Below are positions 51,468-62,486 of a stretch of 64,000 bases of DNA, one piece after another. Position numbers and translations under genes: made by a program. The notes beneath the pieces were generated by a model, which was not told where the DNA came from, ran no database searches, and saw only the letters and a program-made list of their open reading frames with translations. Within the stretch, counting starts at the first letter, position 1, and every line of letters starts with the position of its first letter. Origin of the DNA: Gracilinanus agilis (lineage: Eukaryota); the NCBI RefSeq assembly GCF_016433145.1, contig NC_058132.1, positions 86,641,166 to 86,705,165 of the forward strand, given 5' to 3'.

Positions 51468-51995
51468 GTATTGTCCTTTATTCTTGAAGAGGACCAACAT
51501 GACCTTACTGGGGTGATATTTTTTGACTCATGCATAAATTGGATTTAAGTGAAACTGTCATAAAGTTGTCAGCCTCATTCTCTCTTCCAGAGTCACTGAA
51601 GTCTAGTGGCAAGACAAAAGTCAAGATGATTGATGACTGCTCAGGATGCAATGGTTTCTTAGATGTTCCAGCAAACTCCGAGCACTCCACAGTGTCTGCT
51701 TCTGCCACCATCAGGGACATTGAAATAAACTGTTCTCATTTGCCCCTTCTGCCTGGGGAAGTCTTTATTCACCTGGAGTAGACATCCCTCCTTACTCATT
51801 GATGGATTTGAAGCTTACTTTCAACTGGTTTAGACCACCTGAGTTACTGAGGTGTGGCTGCTTTTACATGCTTCATGGAGCCATAGATGAGAGGTGGGTG
51901 ATAGGTGGACATCAAAAAAACTAAGCACCCCATGAAAGGGGTTTGTCAAGCCTTCACACCATAGGCACTAGTCTTCCCTGAACATCCTATATGCT
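51468..51995 (-). mobile_element. RTE-related SINE (WALLSI/RTESINE-like)
   Basis: Reverse-complement relative of 19880-20445 (agtctagtggcaagacaaaagtc, cactagtcttccctgaaca). Confidence 0.75.
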
Positions 51996-52799
51996 CAGTT
52001 TCGATTAGTTGCAAATGTTAGGAGGTTTTCCCTATACTGGGCCAAAGTTTGTCTCTTTACAATTTCTGCTCATTGCTCTTAATTCTGTCTTTTAAGGTCA
52101 ATCAGAAAAAGGTTGATTCCTCTTCTGTGTGACAGTCTATAAATCCTTGAAGAAAATTATTAGCCTCCCCCCAGCTTCCCCTTCCCCAGGCTACACAACC
52201 TCAATTCCTTCGACTGATACTTTATGGCATCAGCTTGAGGCCCTTCAACACAATGGTTACCTGTCTCTAGACACTCACAAGATTAAAAATGTCTTTCCTA
52301 AAATGTGATTCCCAGTACTGTGATTCTCTCAGCTCTAGGCATTTCTGTACCATATTCTGTAATGCTTTTTTTCTTCATCTCCACTTTCTTAAAGTCCTAA
52401 CCAAAATTCCATCTATAGGAAGCCTTTTCAAACCTCTCTTAGTTATAGTTCCTTCCATTGTTTATTTCCCATTTATCCCATATATAGTTTGTTTATATAT
52501 ATTTGCTTGTTTGTTGCCTCCCCCATTAGACTGTGAGCTCCTTGAGGACAGGGACCGTCTTTGGCTTCTTTTTGTATACCTAGCACATAGCATAGTATCT
52601 GATACAGAGTAGATGGTTAATAAATGCTTATTGCCTTACAGACTATTGCTATAGTACAGATGAGAGGTAATGAGGGCCTCTACAGTGGTGGTGGTGATCA
52701 TCTGAGGGATAAGAAAGGGATGAATAAAAGAGAGGAACATTAAAACATAAATATCATTTGTTTGCTGTTGTTTGGTGTTTTCCATGCATAGCACCTCTG

Positions 52800-53130
52800 G
52801 ATTACTTTCTTGAAGAAGGTATAATTAATGAATAGATGTGAAATTTCAGTGTAGATTTCTTTGATTTATAATGCTTATTTCTCCTGAACTATATTTTCCA
52901 CCATATTGTTTATCATCCTCTCCTATGCCCATGTGTGCATTCTAGTCATTGGACATCAAGATACACATTGATTCAATTAGAAAACTTTATTTTAATTTGA
53001 AGGATTACTTAATGCCTTCTATTTCTGGTACCACTGATGAGAGTCCCAGGTATTATATAATTTTCACAAATACCAAGCTTATAAGACTGTTTTTGTGAAT
53101 TCAGTGTCTAGAAATCAATATCATTCTGTT
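52800..53130 (+). pseudogene. Possible highly decayed OR fragment (ECL2 to TM7)
   Basis: One frame reads MNRCEISV*ISLIYNAYFS*TIFSTILFIILSYAHV, with the Cys and SY 28 codons apart as in ORs; later ..NSVSRN.. recalls NP.IYSLRN. Could be chance. Confidence 0.25.
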
Positions 53131-53311
53131 GTTTATGAAGCTTTTTAGTCAATTCAGAGTGAATTCCAGGAAGTCATAGTATAGTCAAATGAGTGGTTCT
53201 AGTCACAGAAAGGAAGCATTAAAAATTCCTGAAATGTTTAATACACAAACATGATATATTATTTCATTCTATGAACACATTAAAAAGTGAATTATGAAAT
53301 AGGAACTTATA

Positions 53312-54184
53312 TGTAGCATCCAGACACCCCCTTTATCCATGGACTATAATAAAATCTTCCCAGAGTATATATACAGCACTTTGTAGGTCAAAATACTCTT
53401 TAAAGCATAGCTCTCTAGTATTAAGGTAGAATAATAAAAAGATAAACTTTGATAACGATAGTGGATGCTGTCTCCAGAGCTACTACAATGAGCCCATTCC
53501 AAGAATCCTGGAAGAGATCTTGGGAGCTGGAGGAAGCTTGTTGAGGGAGCAACGGTTACTTCTTCCTGTCCTTGGCTGGGAGAGGAAGGTGACTTTTTCG
53601 AGTTTTCCTGCCTCAACCTGTTGTGGGAGAAGAAACCTGTAAACAGCTTTTGGAGATTCCTGTTTCACTGAAGAGAACATTGTTCATAAAATCTAGCTAT
53701 GTCTACTGGTTTACCAACACTGCCTAAGAAGAAGTTTTACCTGTAGATCCTGCTTGGTGAACTCTGAGGGTTACCTCAGAGCTATATCCAGCTGAGTGAA
53801 CTCTGGCATCTGAGTATCTTTGGAGACGACATCTAAGATAACTAATTAAACCAACAACTGAGGATTGTAGTCAGGTAGCTTAGAAAAGGTTTGGTGGGGA
53901 ATTGGCTAGAATCAGGAAGGAAATAGTTTAGCCTGAAGACCAGAAGTATCTCTTGTGAGAGACTTAGATTGGCTGAGAAAAGTATAGCAATTAGAGTCAG
54001 GGCATCCTTGTGTTTCAATCCTCATAGTTTACCCTTGGTTTCTAAATAAACCAAATGACTTTTCTACAAATTTAAGACTTGTGTGTGCTGGCCCAGTGAA
54101 GGAAGGTTCACTTTGCCTTCCCTTCACCATAGGGAACTGAGATACTTATAGACAGCCCATTAAGTATCAAACTCAATTTCCTAT
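53312..54184 (+). mobile_element. Probable solo LTR
   Basis: Starts TGTAG, AATAAA near 54045, ends aatttcctata, similar to the 57069 LTR end; no TSD confirmed. Confidence 0.6.
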
Positions 54185-54464
54185 AGTGGATAATGTCATC
54201 AATCCACATTAGTTTTTCACTAGTCTACAATAATGTGTTTGTTTTAACAGACAACCAGAGACATTCTTACTTCAAAGCAAAAGCATTTATTGAAATAGCA
54301 TAGAAATCATAAAACAATATATTTCCTCTTTCCCATAAATCTTCCATTCACTCTTCCACAAGTACACTTAGTGAAAATGAAGGCATTAAGTCAATATCCT
54401 ATGAGGGAGTGCTATAGATCTGTCCTGTCCATTCTTCCATCCTCCTATTGGGCTTTAGCAATAG

Positions 54465-54725
54465 CTATTGTTCAGTTGTCTGACTCTTCATGACCCCATT
54501 TGGGGTTTTCTTGGCAAAAATAGTGGAATGGTTTGCCATTTCCTTCTTCAACTAGGATAATAGAATGGTTTGCCATTTCCTTCTTCAACTAGGATAAGGA
54601 AACAGAGACAAAGAGGATTAAGTGACTTGAGCAAGGTCACACAGCTAGTTAATGTCTGAGGCTGAATTTGAACTCAGGTTTTCCTGACTCCAGGCTCAGA
54701 GCTCTGTCCACAGAATCACCTAACT
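54465..54725 (-). mobile_element. MAR1 SINE with an internal tandem duplication
   Basis: MAR1 reverse complement; gaatggtttgccatttccttcttcaactaggataa (35 bp) occurs twice (54526-54560, 54563-54597). Confidence 0.85.
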
Positions 54726-55029
54726 ATAGCTGACTTCAGAGGTCATCTACTCCACCCCTTTCATTTTACAGGTGGGGAAAATGGGATCTAGGAAGATCAT
54801 GTGATTTACCCAAGGTCTCATGGCTATTAAGTGACTGAGGCAAGATTTGAATTCAAGTTTTTCTGACTCCAGAACTTTTATTTTATACTGTACAACAGTA
54901 ATAGCAGTGGGTACTGGAAGTGGAGAGAAGAAACAAAGAAGGCCTTCACTATTTTTATGGAACCTATACCAGGAGAGTCTGTGAAATCCCAAGTTTTCCC
55001 TGCTCTTATTCTAAGTATGAGTGAAAGCT

Positions 55030-55490
55030 ACATCCCTGGGCACCCTATGCCTTAGGGATGTTGGCGTTACCTGGGTTGGTTCAGTTCAGTTTACTCACAG
55101 GATTCTGAAATGGAACATAACTCACTGAATATATCTTTGTACTTCAGAGGCAGAGCACACATGGAAGGGATAGGGGTAACTTAGTAGTATCATAGAAACA
55201 GTCTTTGGCTCCTACCACGTTACGTGACTTTATTGTGTATGCCTCCTTAGAAACTAAGACATGATGGGTTCAGTGATTGGGCTAGATCACTGGACTTGGA
55301 CTTGAATGAATGTGAAAGCACTGCCTTTCCCGGTGTCTCTGCTATGAATCTACGCTGCTTAGCCCATTGGGGGTGGGGTGGTGGTAGTAGTGAAAGGACC
55401 TCAGCTACAGGGACTTCTGTCTTTACCATGAGACAACCTCAGTTCCTTTAGGGGCATGACAGCCTCCAGCCTGGTTCTCCAGGGATTCAG
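55030..55490. promoter_or_regulatory. Cluster of O/E (EBF)-like sites in unique sequence
   Basis: atccctgggc, gccttaggga, cccattgggg, tctccaggga; TAATGA on the minus strand near 55555. Confidence 0.3.
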
Positions 55491-56079
55491 ACACAGGATT
55501 AATATCCTTTGTTGCCTGTGGCTGTTAGTGCTTTCCAGACCTGACTGTATGCTTCATTACATTGCATTCCCAGTACAGATGTTCTCTCCATAGTAAGTAT
55601 GAGATGCAGTGAACTCCAGATTTTGATGAAGGGGCTTGAGTGATAGTGGGGTGATATTTTAAGATTCTTATTTTCCTTTCCATTCTCTGAGGCCTTGTGA
55701 CTCTTTGAAGTTCAGTCATAGCCTCTCCTCTTCCACCCATCCATTCTCTCTCTTTCCATGTGTTTGTTGGTGAATAAGTTTTATTCAGGGCCCTCCTATC
55801 TACTTTGACATGAATGTCCAGCAGTAGCATTACCTCTGCCCACTGTCCAATGTTGAAAGTTGGAAGGTCTGACATGGAGCTGGTAGAATTCATGCTTCTA
55901 CATGTCATTTATGTGGAAACAAATGTATAACATATTTCATTATGGGACCTTGGGAAAATGCATTTAACCTCTCTAGGCTTCAGTTTCTTCTTGTACAAAA
56001 TTATGAGATTCAGTTAGTCAATCTCTAATTCCCATTCTATCTTTAACATTCTTTGTCTTCATGAATCTGTGATCTAACC

Positions 56080-56270
56080 CAGTGGTTCCCAAACTTTTTT
56101 GGCCTATCACCCCCTTTCCAGAAAAAATATTACTTAGCCCCCTGGAAATTAATTTTAAAAATTTAATAACAATTATTAGAAAAGATAAATGCTATCTGTG
56201 GCTATCACTGCTTTCCTGGATCGCTGCAGCATCCACCAGGGGGTGGTAGCGCCCTCTTTGGGAATCACTG
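56080..56270. mobile_element. hAT (Charlie-like) MITE, 191 bp, same family as 48122-48313
   Basis: TIRs CAGTGGTTCCCAAA / TTTGGGAATCACTG; perfect 8-bp TSD ATCTAACC. Confidence 0.96.
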
Positions 56271-56569
56271 ATCTAACCTAATACATATGACTGTTAGGAA
56301 AAAAATGCTAAATATGGGACTCCACAGAAACACAGGTTATGGGAAGAGATACCCACTTTATGAACCTATCACCACATGTCTTAGTAATTCAGCTTGGCTA
56401 TTTACCAGGTATATGACTTAATGTTGTTGTGTCTCTATATCTTACTCTATGAAAGAAGGAATTGAAAATGAGAATTCCAACATCCCTTCTAGCACTTCAT
56501 CTTCTGGATCTTCCATCCCTCTCCTCCTTTTACTCTTCCCCCTTATCTCCATCATAACAACACTCAACA

Positions 56570-57069
56570 TAACATGGTTCCGTGCCCCACTTTTCCTTCT
56601 TGAATTGACCCTGGTTTAGAAATAGAGGGAGCAAGCAAGTGCAGGGGAGGGCCATCTCTGAAGGAGAAGGCATAAAAGGGAGTGTTATACTTAATCAGCT
56701 TATCTAAGGAGAGGAAGAGGGTAGGAGAGGGGCTGGAGTAACACTCAGATGTCCTGATCCAAACCGAGTCTGCTGAAAGCCATACCCTTCCACCCCTATG
56801 GAGAAGAACCATTATTTTCACCTCCTGAGCTAGAGAGATTCTACTAGTATCCCACCCCCATTCTGGGAGTTGAAGGATGTCATGGTGCCTGACCAGGGGC
56901 TAAGTGGTGTCATGGAACCTGGACAGGAGTTGAAGGATGCCATGAACCCAGGGCTGAGAGCCAAAGGAGACTAGTACAGATGCTGAGAGGTGATTAATTA
57001 ATAAACAACTTCTATACATTGCAGAATTTCTTCTTTTTTCCATCCTTGTGATACTGAAATTTCCCTACA
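56570..57069 (+). mobile_element. Probable LTR
   Basis: cataaaa TATA-like box, AATAAA near 57000, ends aatttccctACA; left boundary uncertain. Confidence 0.55.
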
Positions 57070-57138
57070 GTTTGGCTGCATGGCTTCTGCAACTAATAAA
57101 TAAGGCCCCTAAACAAGCAGCCTAGAGTATTAGAGCTT

Positions 57139-57262
57139 TTCTCTCTCCTCCCTGTTTCCTCTTTCCTCTTTCCCCCTCCTTTCTCTTCCCTCTTCTTCCT
57201 CTCTCTTCTCTCATCCTATCTCCTCCTTATCCTTCTCCCTCTCACCCCTTTTCTCCTTTCCT
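57139..57262. repeat. CT-rich low-complexity tract
   Basis: Direct reading. Confidence 0.85.
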
Positions 57263-57581
57263 TGTGATGCCTAGACTCTGTGACTCACAAGAATCCCTGA
57301 AATTAGCTGACCCATGTATTTTGTGTCCAGTTCACCTCAGGGCAGAATGGTTTCCAGCACTCTAAATATGATAATGTGGATGATGATTCAGGGAAGGTCA
57401 AGGGAAGAGAATAAAAGGGCTAAATTCAAGATTTCAGGCAAAGGAAACTCACTTAGGTATTTGGATAGTTTCAGGAAACAGGGCTAGTAGGGAAATCAGC
57501 GTGTCTTTCATTACTCTTCTTTTGAGGTTTCCTCATAATGTCTATATTAGCTTACCTCTCTCCCCTAGTTTGTCTATCCAT

Positions 57582-57761
57582 NNNNNNNNNNNNNNNNNNN
57601 NNNNNNNNNNNNNNNNNNNNNNNNNNNNNNNNNNNNNNNNNNNNNNNNNNNNNNNNNNNNNNNNNNNNNNNNNNNNNNNNNNNNNNNNNNNNNNNNNNNN
57701 NNNNNNNNNNNNNNNNNNNNNNNNNNNNNNNNNNNNNNNNNNNNNNNNNNNNNNNNNNNNN
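57582..57761. other. Assembly gap (180 N)
   Basis: Run of N. Confidence 1.
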
Positions 57762-57779
57762 TTACACATTCTCCTACTC

Positions 57780-60700
57780 TCTATTTTTTTTGTTATGACA
57801 TCCCTTCTTCTGTAGATGACATTTTTCCAGTCATCCAGGCTCAAAACTTTAAAATAATGATCAAAATCTCCTTTTCCTTCCTCCTCTCTGCTATATTCAA
57901 TAAGTCACACAGTCATATTGATTGTACCTATACAATGTCTATCACACACTCATCCCTTTTTTCCATAACCTAGGTTTCCAGATTCTCACTAATCCATTCT
58001 TCACAAAATGATATTTGTAAAACACAGACGTGGCCTTGCCTTACCCCTACTCAAATTTTTTTAATGACTTCCTATTCCCTTCAGTATAACATGAAAAATT
58101 CTCAGCTTTGTCTTTACAACTAGAGTTCTACAATATAACTCTGACCTTTCTTTCTTTAAAAAAAAAACTGTCCTGCTTTTTATCTCACTAACAGCTCTAA
58201 GACAGAAGGGCAAGGTCTTAGCAAACAGGGTTAAGTGACTTTCCCAGGTCACATAGCTAGGAAGTGTGTGAAGGTAGATTTGAACCCAGGCCCTCCCAAT
58301 TCTAGGTCTGGTGCTTTATTCACTGTGCTACCTTGCTGCCCCTTGACCTATCTTTCTAGTACTTTCATGTTATTCCTCTTTATTCACTTTCCACTTTAGT
58401 CAAAATAAGTCTCTAGTAGTCCCTTATTCACAACATTCTACCTCCCATTTCTATGATCTTACACAGGTCATTCCCCATATCTGGGATGAAATCCCTCTTT
58501 GTGTATGCCTCATTGAGACCCTAACTTTCTTCAAGCTTCAAATCATGTGCTACCTTCTCTATGAGATTTTTTTCTGATCCTTCTAGATTTTAGTAATGTC
58601 CTCAAATTATTTTCTTTGATTAGCACACATTTTGTATTAATTCATCTTTCTACAGGTTTCTTCTAGGTTGCATAGGATATGAATTTCTTGAAGTCAATGT
58701 CTGTTTCATTTTGTAGTTTGAATCTACTGCCCCTACTACAGGGCCTAGAACATAGTAGGTGCTTTAAAACGTTTATTGAACTAAATTACAATGAATGGCA
58801 CAGTGGTTTCTGGCTTCTAGTCAATTCTTGTTGTCTCAGCTGTGAAATAAAGCAAACAGATTGTCTTTGAAGCCATATTCTCTTGTGGAAGGGAGATGTG
58901 GTAATAGTTTTGGGGCAGAAGTAAGTTAATATGAACATAGATAAGTAAGTACAAAGTAATTTGATGACTTTGAGAACATGAACAGTTGGGCAGGATGGGG
59001 AGAAGGACAGAAATAATAGATAATTCAAAGAAGAAGTGGCATATTTTCTGTGTCTCCAAGAAAGTAAGAATACTGAGAAGGGAAGATGAGAAGGGAGTTA
59101 ATTCCAGGTATGGACCATGGCTTTTGCAAACAGATGAAAGAAGTATATGGAAAGTCAAATTTAAGAAACAATAGTCTACTTTGTCTGGAAGATTGTGTGA
59201 AAAAGAATGTTAGGAAATAAATCAACCCTGGAAAGGCATGTTGAAGACAAGATGTGGAGATCTTTAACTGTCAGGGACAAGTGTTTGTACTTTATTCTTA
59301 AGGGGAAAGTGAGTCACTGAGAGTTTAAAATTATTAACATCTTTTAATTTTATATCACTTTTATTTCCAAGTATATTCCTACTTCCCCTAAACAAAGAAT
59401 AAAAAAGAAAAGGTAAAAATAGTTTAGTGAAACTAACATATCAATGGAGTCTGACATGTGGACATTTTCTGAATCCATAATTTCTCATCTTAGGCAAATA
59501 AGAGACAAATGAACTTTAATAACTATTCTTCAAGGCCAACATTGTTCATTTTTAATTACACAGCATTCAGGTTTGTTGTTGTCATTTCCATTTTCTTTGT
59601 CGTTGTAATTGTGTATATTGTTTTCCTGGTTCTTTTGCATTTCATTTTGCATCAGTTTATATAAAGCTTTTCATGCTTCTCTGTATTCTTCATATTCATA
59701 ATTTCTTTCAGTATAGTAATATTCTATTACATTCATATACAGCTTGCTTCATCATTCCCCAGTTGATGGGCACATACTTTGCTTCCAGTTCTCTGCTTTG
59801 ACAAAAGATGCTCTAAATTTGTTGAGCATTACAAATATTTTTTTCTGCTCAAGTTTTCTAAACTACACCTCACAGTTATGAACCCTCCCCTAAACTTAAC
59901 TAAGGAAAGAGCCCATTCATTTGTGAGTTGATCACCCCCCCTTTATTGTCATGGCTAAGGATCCTCCCTATCTAAAGTGTTAATAACAGATTAGAATCCA
60001 TTCACTTGTGAATCCATTCCCTTTTCTTTTTATCTCACAACCCTTGAGATAGTGCCTGTCCCTGAAAATTCTCTCCTTTATTCCAGTTCCTGAAGAAGAG
60101 TTGGTCTTCTTACTCACTCAAGGCATCATCTCCATATGTACCATTGATCCCAATTTCAAATTGCTCCCACAATCATTCCCCTTTTTATTTTTAATTGTCC
60201 TATCTACTGGTCCATTTTGTGCTGCCTCAAACATACCCAAGTCTTTCCCATCCCTCATTAGACTATATAATTACCAATAATTTTCTGTTTAGATTGCTCT
60301 TCTCTTTATCCATCAAATGTCCAGAAAAAAGGTTATCTACTTTAGCTACTTCCACTTTCTTTCCTCTTGCTTTTTAATTCTTTGCATCTTTGCTTCCAAA
60401 GTTTATTCAACTGAAACCTCTCTGACTCTCTCTGTCTTAGCAAAACAAATTCCTACATTATCCATGTTCAAAAACTTATGCCCTTTCTGAAGCTTAAATA
60501 TTTCGATGATTTATGAGTGGGAAGCATGTTTCAAATGCAGACTTAATAGTTGACATTTAATGACTTCATGTTGATTGGCAGGTCTGAGACCTTTTTAACC
60601 TTTGGAGTATATGCCTAGAGATGGAATCTCTGTGTCACAGGGCATAGATATTTTAGTCACTTTCTTGATAGAGTTGTAAACTTTTTTAGAATGACTGGGC

Positions 60701-61040
60701 TTTGAAAAAAGTTTTAAGCAGGGAAGTGACATAGCCAGACCTGAGATTTAGAAAGATTATGTTGGCAGATTTTGGAGGATTGAATGGAGAATGGAGAGAC
60801 TAGACCCAGGTAGGCCAACTTGGACATTTTTACAACCATCCAGGTAAGAGCGGATGAGGGCGTGAATCAAGATTGTGGCTGTGTGAATAGAGAGAGGGAG
60901 AAGGATGTAAAATGACAGAATTGACAAGACTAAGGAATTGATTCGATATAAGAGAGATAGAGAGAGAAGGAACAATCAGACTCCAAGGTTATGAACCTGG
61001 ATGCCTGGAAGGATGATGGTGATCTCAATCTGAAGAAGAA
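57780..61040. mobile_element. Mosaic of L2 (both strands), a CORE-SINE (about 58205-58340) and an old L1 3' end (about 59330-59830, minus)
   Basis: L2 3'-end and ORF2 motifs; aagtgactttcccaggtcacatagctagg...gatttgaacccagg SINE core. Confidence 0.6.
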
Positions 61041-61131
61041 ATTCTGAAGAAGGGGGACAGTGAAGAAATTCTTTTTGTAAAGTAACCATAAAATGTTCTA
61101 CTGCAGCTTTTGCCAGTTTCCTCTTGCTTTG

Positions 61132-61191
61132 TCCATTGGGGATCTGGAGAGCAGATGATCCTCATCTTCTTATAGTTCTGCAGAGGTAAGT
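61132..61191 (+). promoter_or_regulatory. Candidate promoter / 5' UTR exon and splice donor of OR52L1
   Basis: O/E-like tccattgggga at 61132-61142; perfect donor AG|GTAAGT at 61186; matching acceptor ttcctt...cacctAG|tATG at 61530-61531. Confidence 0.55.
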
Positions 61192-61532
61192 CAACACATC
61201 CCATGGTTTCAGATCCACAGCTTCCAGACAAAACCACACCAATGTCATCATCCCAGACATAGAGATCTCTCTTTTAACAATTTCTAACAATATCCATGAA
61301 ATGAAACTTTATTCTTTCTCAGCCCTCATTTTTGTGTCTCTCAGTCCTTGATGCCAATAAGTACTTCTTTGCCTTTGACTCCATCTTCTCTTGCAATTAT
61401 TTGTTTTCTCTAAAAAAGATGGTGGCAGACAATTGTATGGACAGAATGACATCTATTCATAAATGGGGAAATTATAATGTAGTTCCTTCCCCTCTTCCTT
61501 CCCATCTTCAAACTGTCAAATATACACCTAGT

Positions 61533-62486
61533 ATGACAAGTCTGGGAAACTCCAGCTGGGGATTATCTACTTTTTCCTTCTTTCTGGTGGGCATACCAGG
61601 GCTAGAAGAGAGTCAGCACTGGATCGCACTTCCTCTGGGGAGCCTGTATCTTCTTGCCCTTGTGGGCAATGTCACCATTCTCTTCATCATCCGGTCTGAC
61701 ACATCACTCCATCAACCAATGTACCTGTTCCTGGCCATGCTGGCTGCCATTGATCTCATCCTTGCTTCAGCCACAGCACCCAAGGCCCTTGCTGTGCTCG
61801 TGGCCCACTCCTGTGAGATATGGTACCCTACTTGCCTCACCCAGATGTTTTTTATCCATGCATTCTCTTCTATGGAGTCAGGTGTGCTGGTAGCCATGGC
61901 TCTGGATCGCTATGTGGCTATCTGCCACCCACTGCATCACACTACCATTCTCACTCCAGAAGTTATTGGGCGTATTGGATTGGTGGTGCTGGCACGGGGG
62001 CTGCTTCTCCTCACACCCTTCCCCATTTTGCTGCACCGCCTTATCTTCTGCCAGAGTGTGGTCATCGGCCATGCCTATTGTGAGCATATGGCCGTGGTGA
62101 AGCTGGCTTGCTCAGATGCCACTGTGAACCGTGCCTATGGGCTAGTGGTGGCATTGCTGGTGGTGGGATTTGATGTGTTTGCCATCGGTGTGTCTTATTC
62201 CCTCATTCTCTCTGCTGTCCTGAGGGTACCTGGGCGTGATGCCCGGCTCAAAGCATTTGGAACATGTGGTTCCCATATCTGTGTCATCCTAGTTTTCTAT
62301 GTTCCTGGGATGTTTTCTTTCCTTACTCATCGCTTTGGTCACAATGTGCCCCACCATGTCCATGTCCTTCTGGCCACTCTCTACCTCCTGGTGCCACCAG
62401 CACTCAACCCCATTGTCTATGGGGTAAAGACCCAGCAGATCCGACAGCGTGTGCTCAGAGTTTTCTATGTTAATGTGTGTGCTTGA
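61533..62486 (+). CDS. OR52L1: Class I olfactory receptor 52L1, 317 aa, intact
   Basis: Long stretches match recalled human OR52L1 (NSSW, GIPGLEESQHWIALPLG.LYLLALVGNVTILFII, TAPKALAVL, HPLHH.TIL, GVKTQQIRQRVLRVF). Start set at ATG 61533; the upstream in-frame extension is probably intronic. Confidence 0.95.
   Translation: MTSLGNSSWGLSTFSFFLVGIPGLEESQHWIALPLGSLYLLALVGNVTILFIIRSDTSLHQPMYLFLAMLAAIDLILASATAPKALAVLVAHSCEIWYPTCLTQMFFIHAFSSMESGVLVAMALDRYVAICHPLHHTTILTPEVIGRIGLVVLARGLLLLTPFPILLHRLIFCQSVVIGHAYCEHMAVVKLACSDATVNRAYGLVVALLVVGFDVFAIGVSYSLILSAVLRVPGRDARLKAFGTCGSHICVILVFYVPGMFSFLTHRFGHNVPHHVHVLLATLYLLVPPALNPIVYGVKTQQIRQRVLRVFYVNVCA

Noticed and set aside
55525-55908. 127-aa minus-strand ORF starting MTCRSMNSTSSMSDLPTF, superficially like an OR N-terminus
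   Set aside because: No TM1 GN, PMY or DRY motif follows, and it is not hydrophobic.
57501-57844. ORFs spanning poly-X
   Set aside because: Artefacts of the N gap.
61332-61532. 384-aa version of OR52L1 in the ORF track
   Set aside because: It begins at a non-ATG codon and spans a predicted intron; the canonical 317-aa start was preferred.
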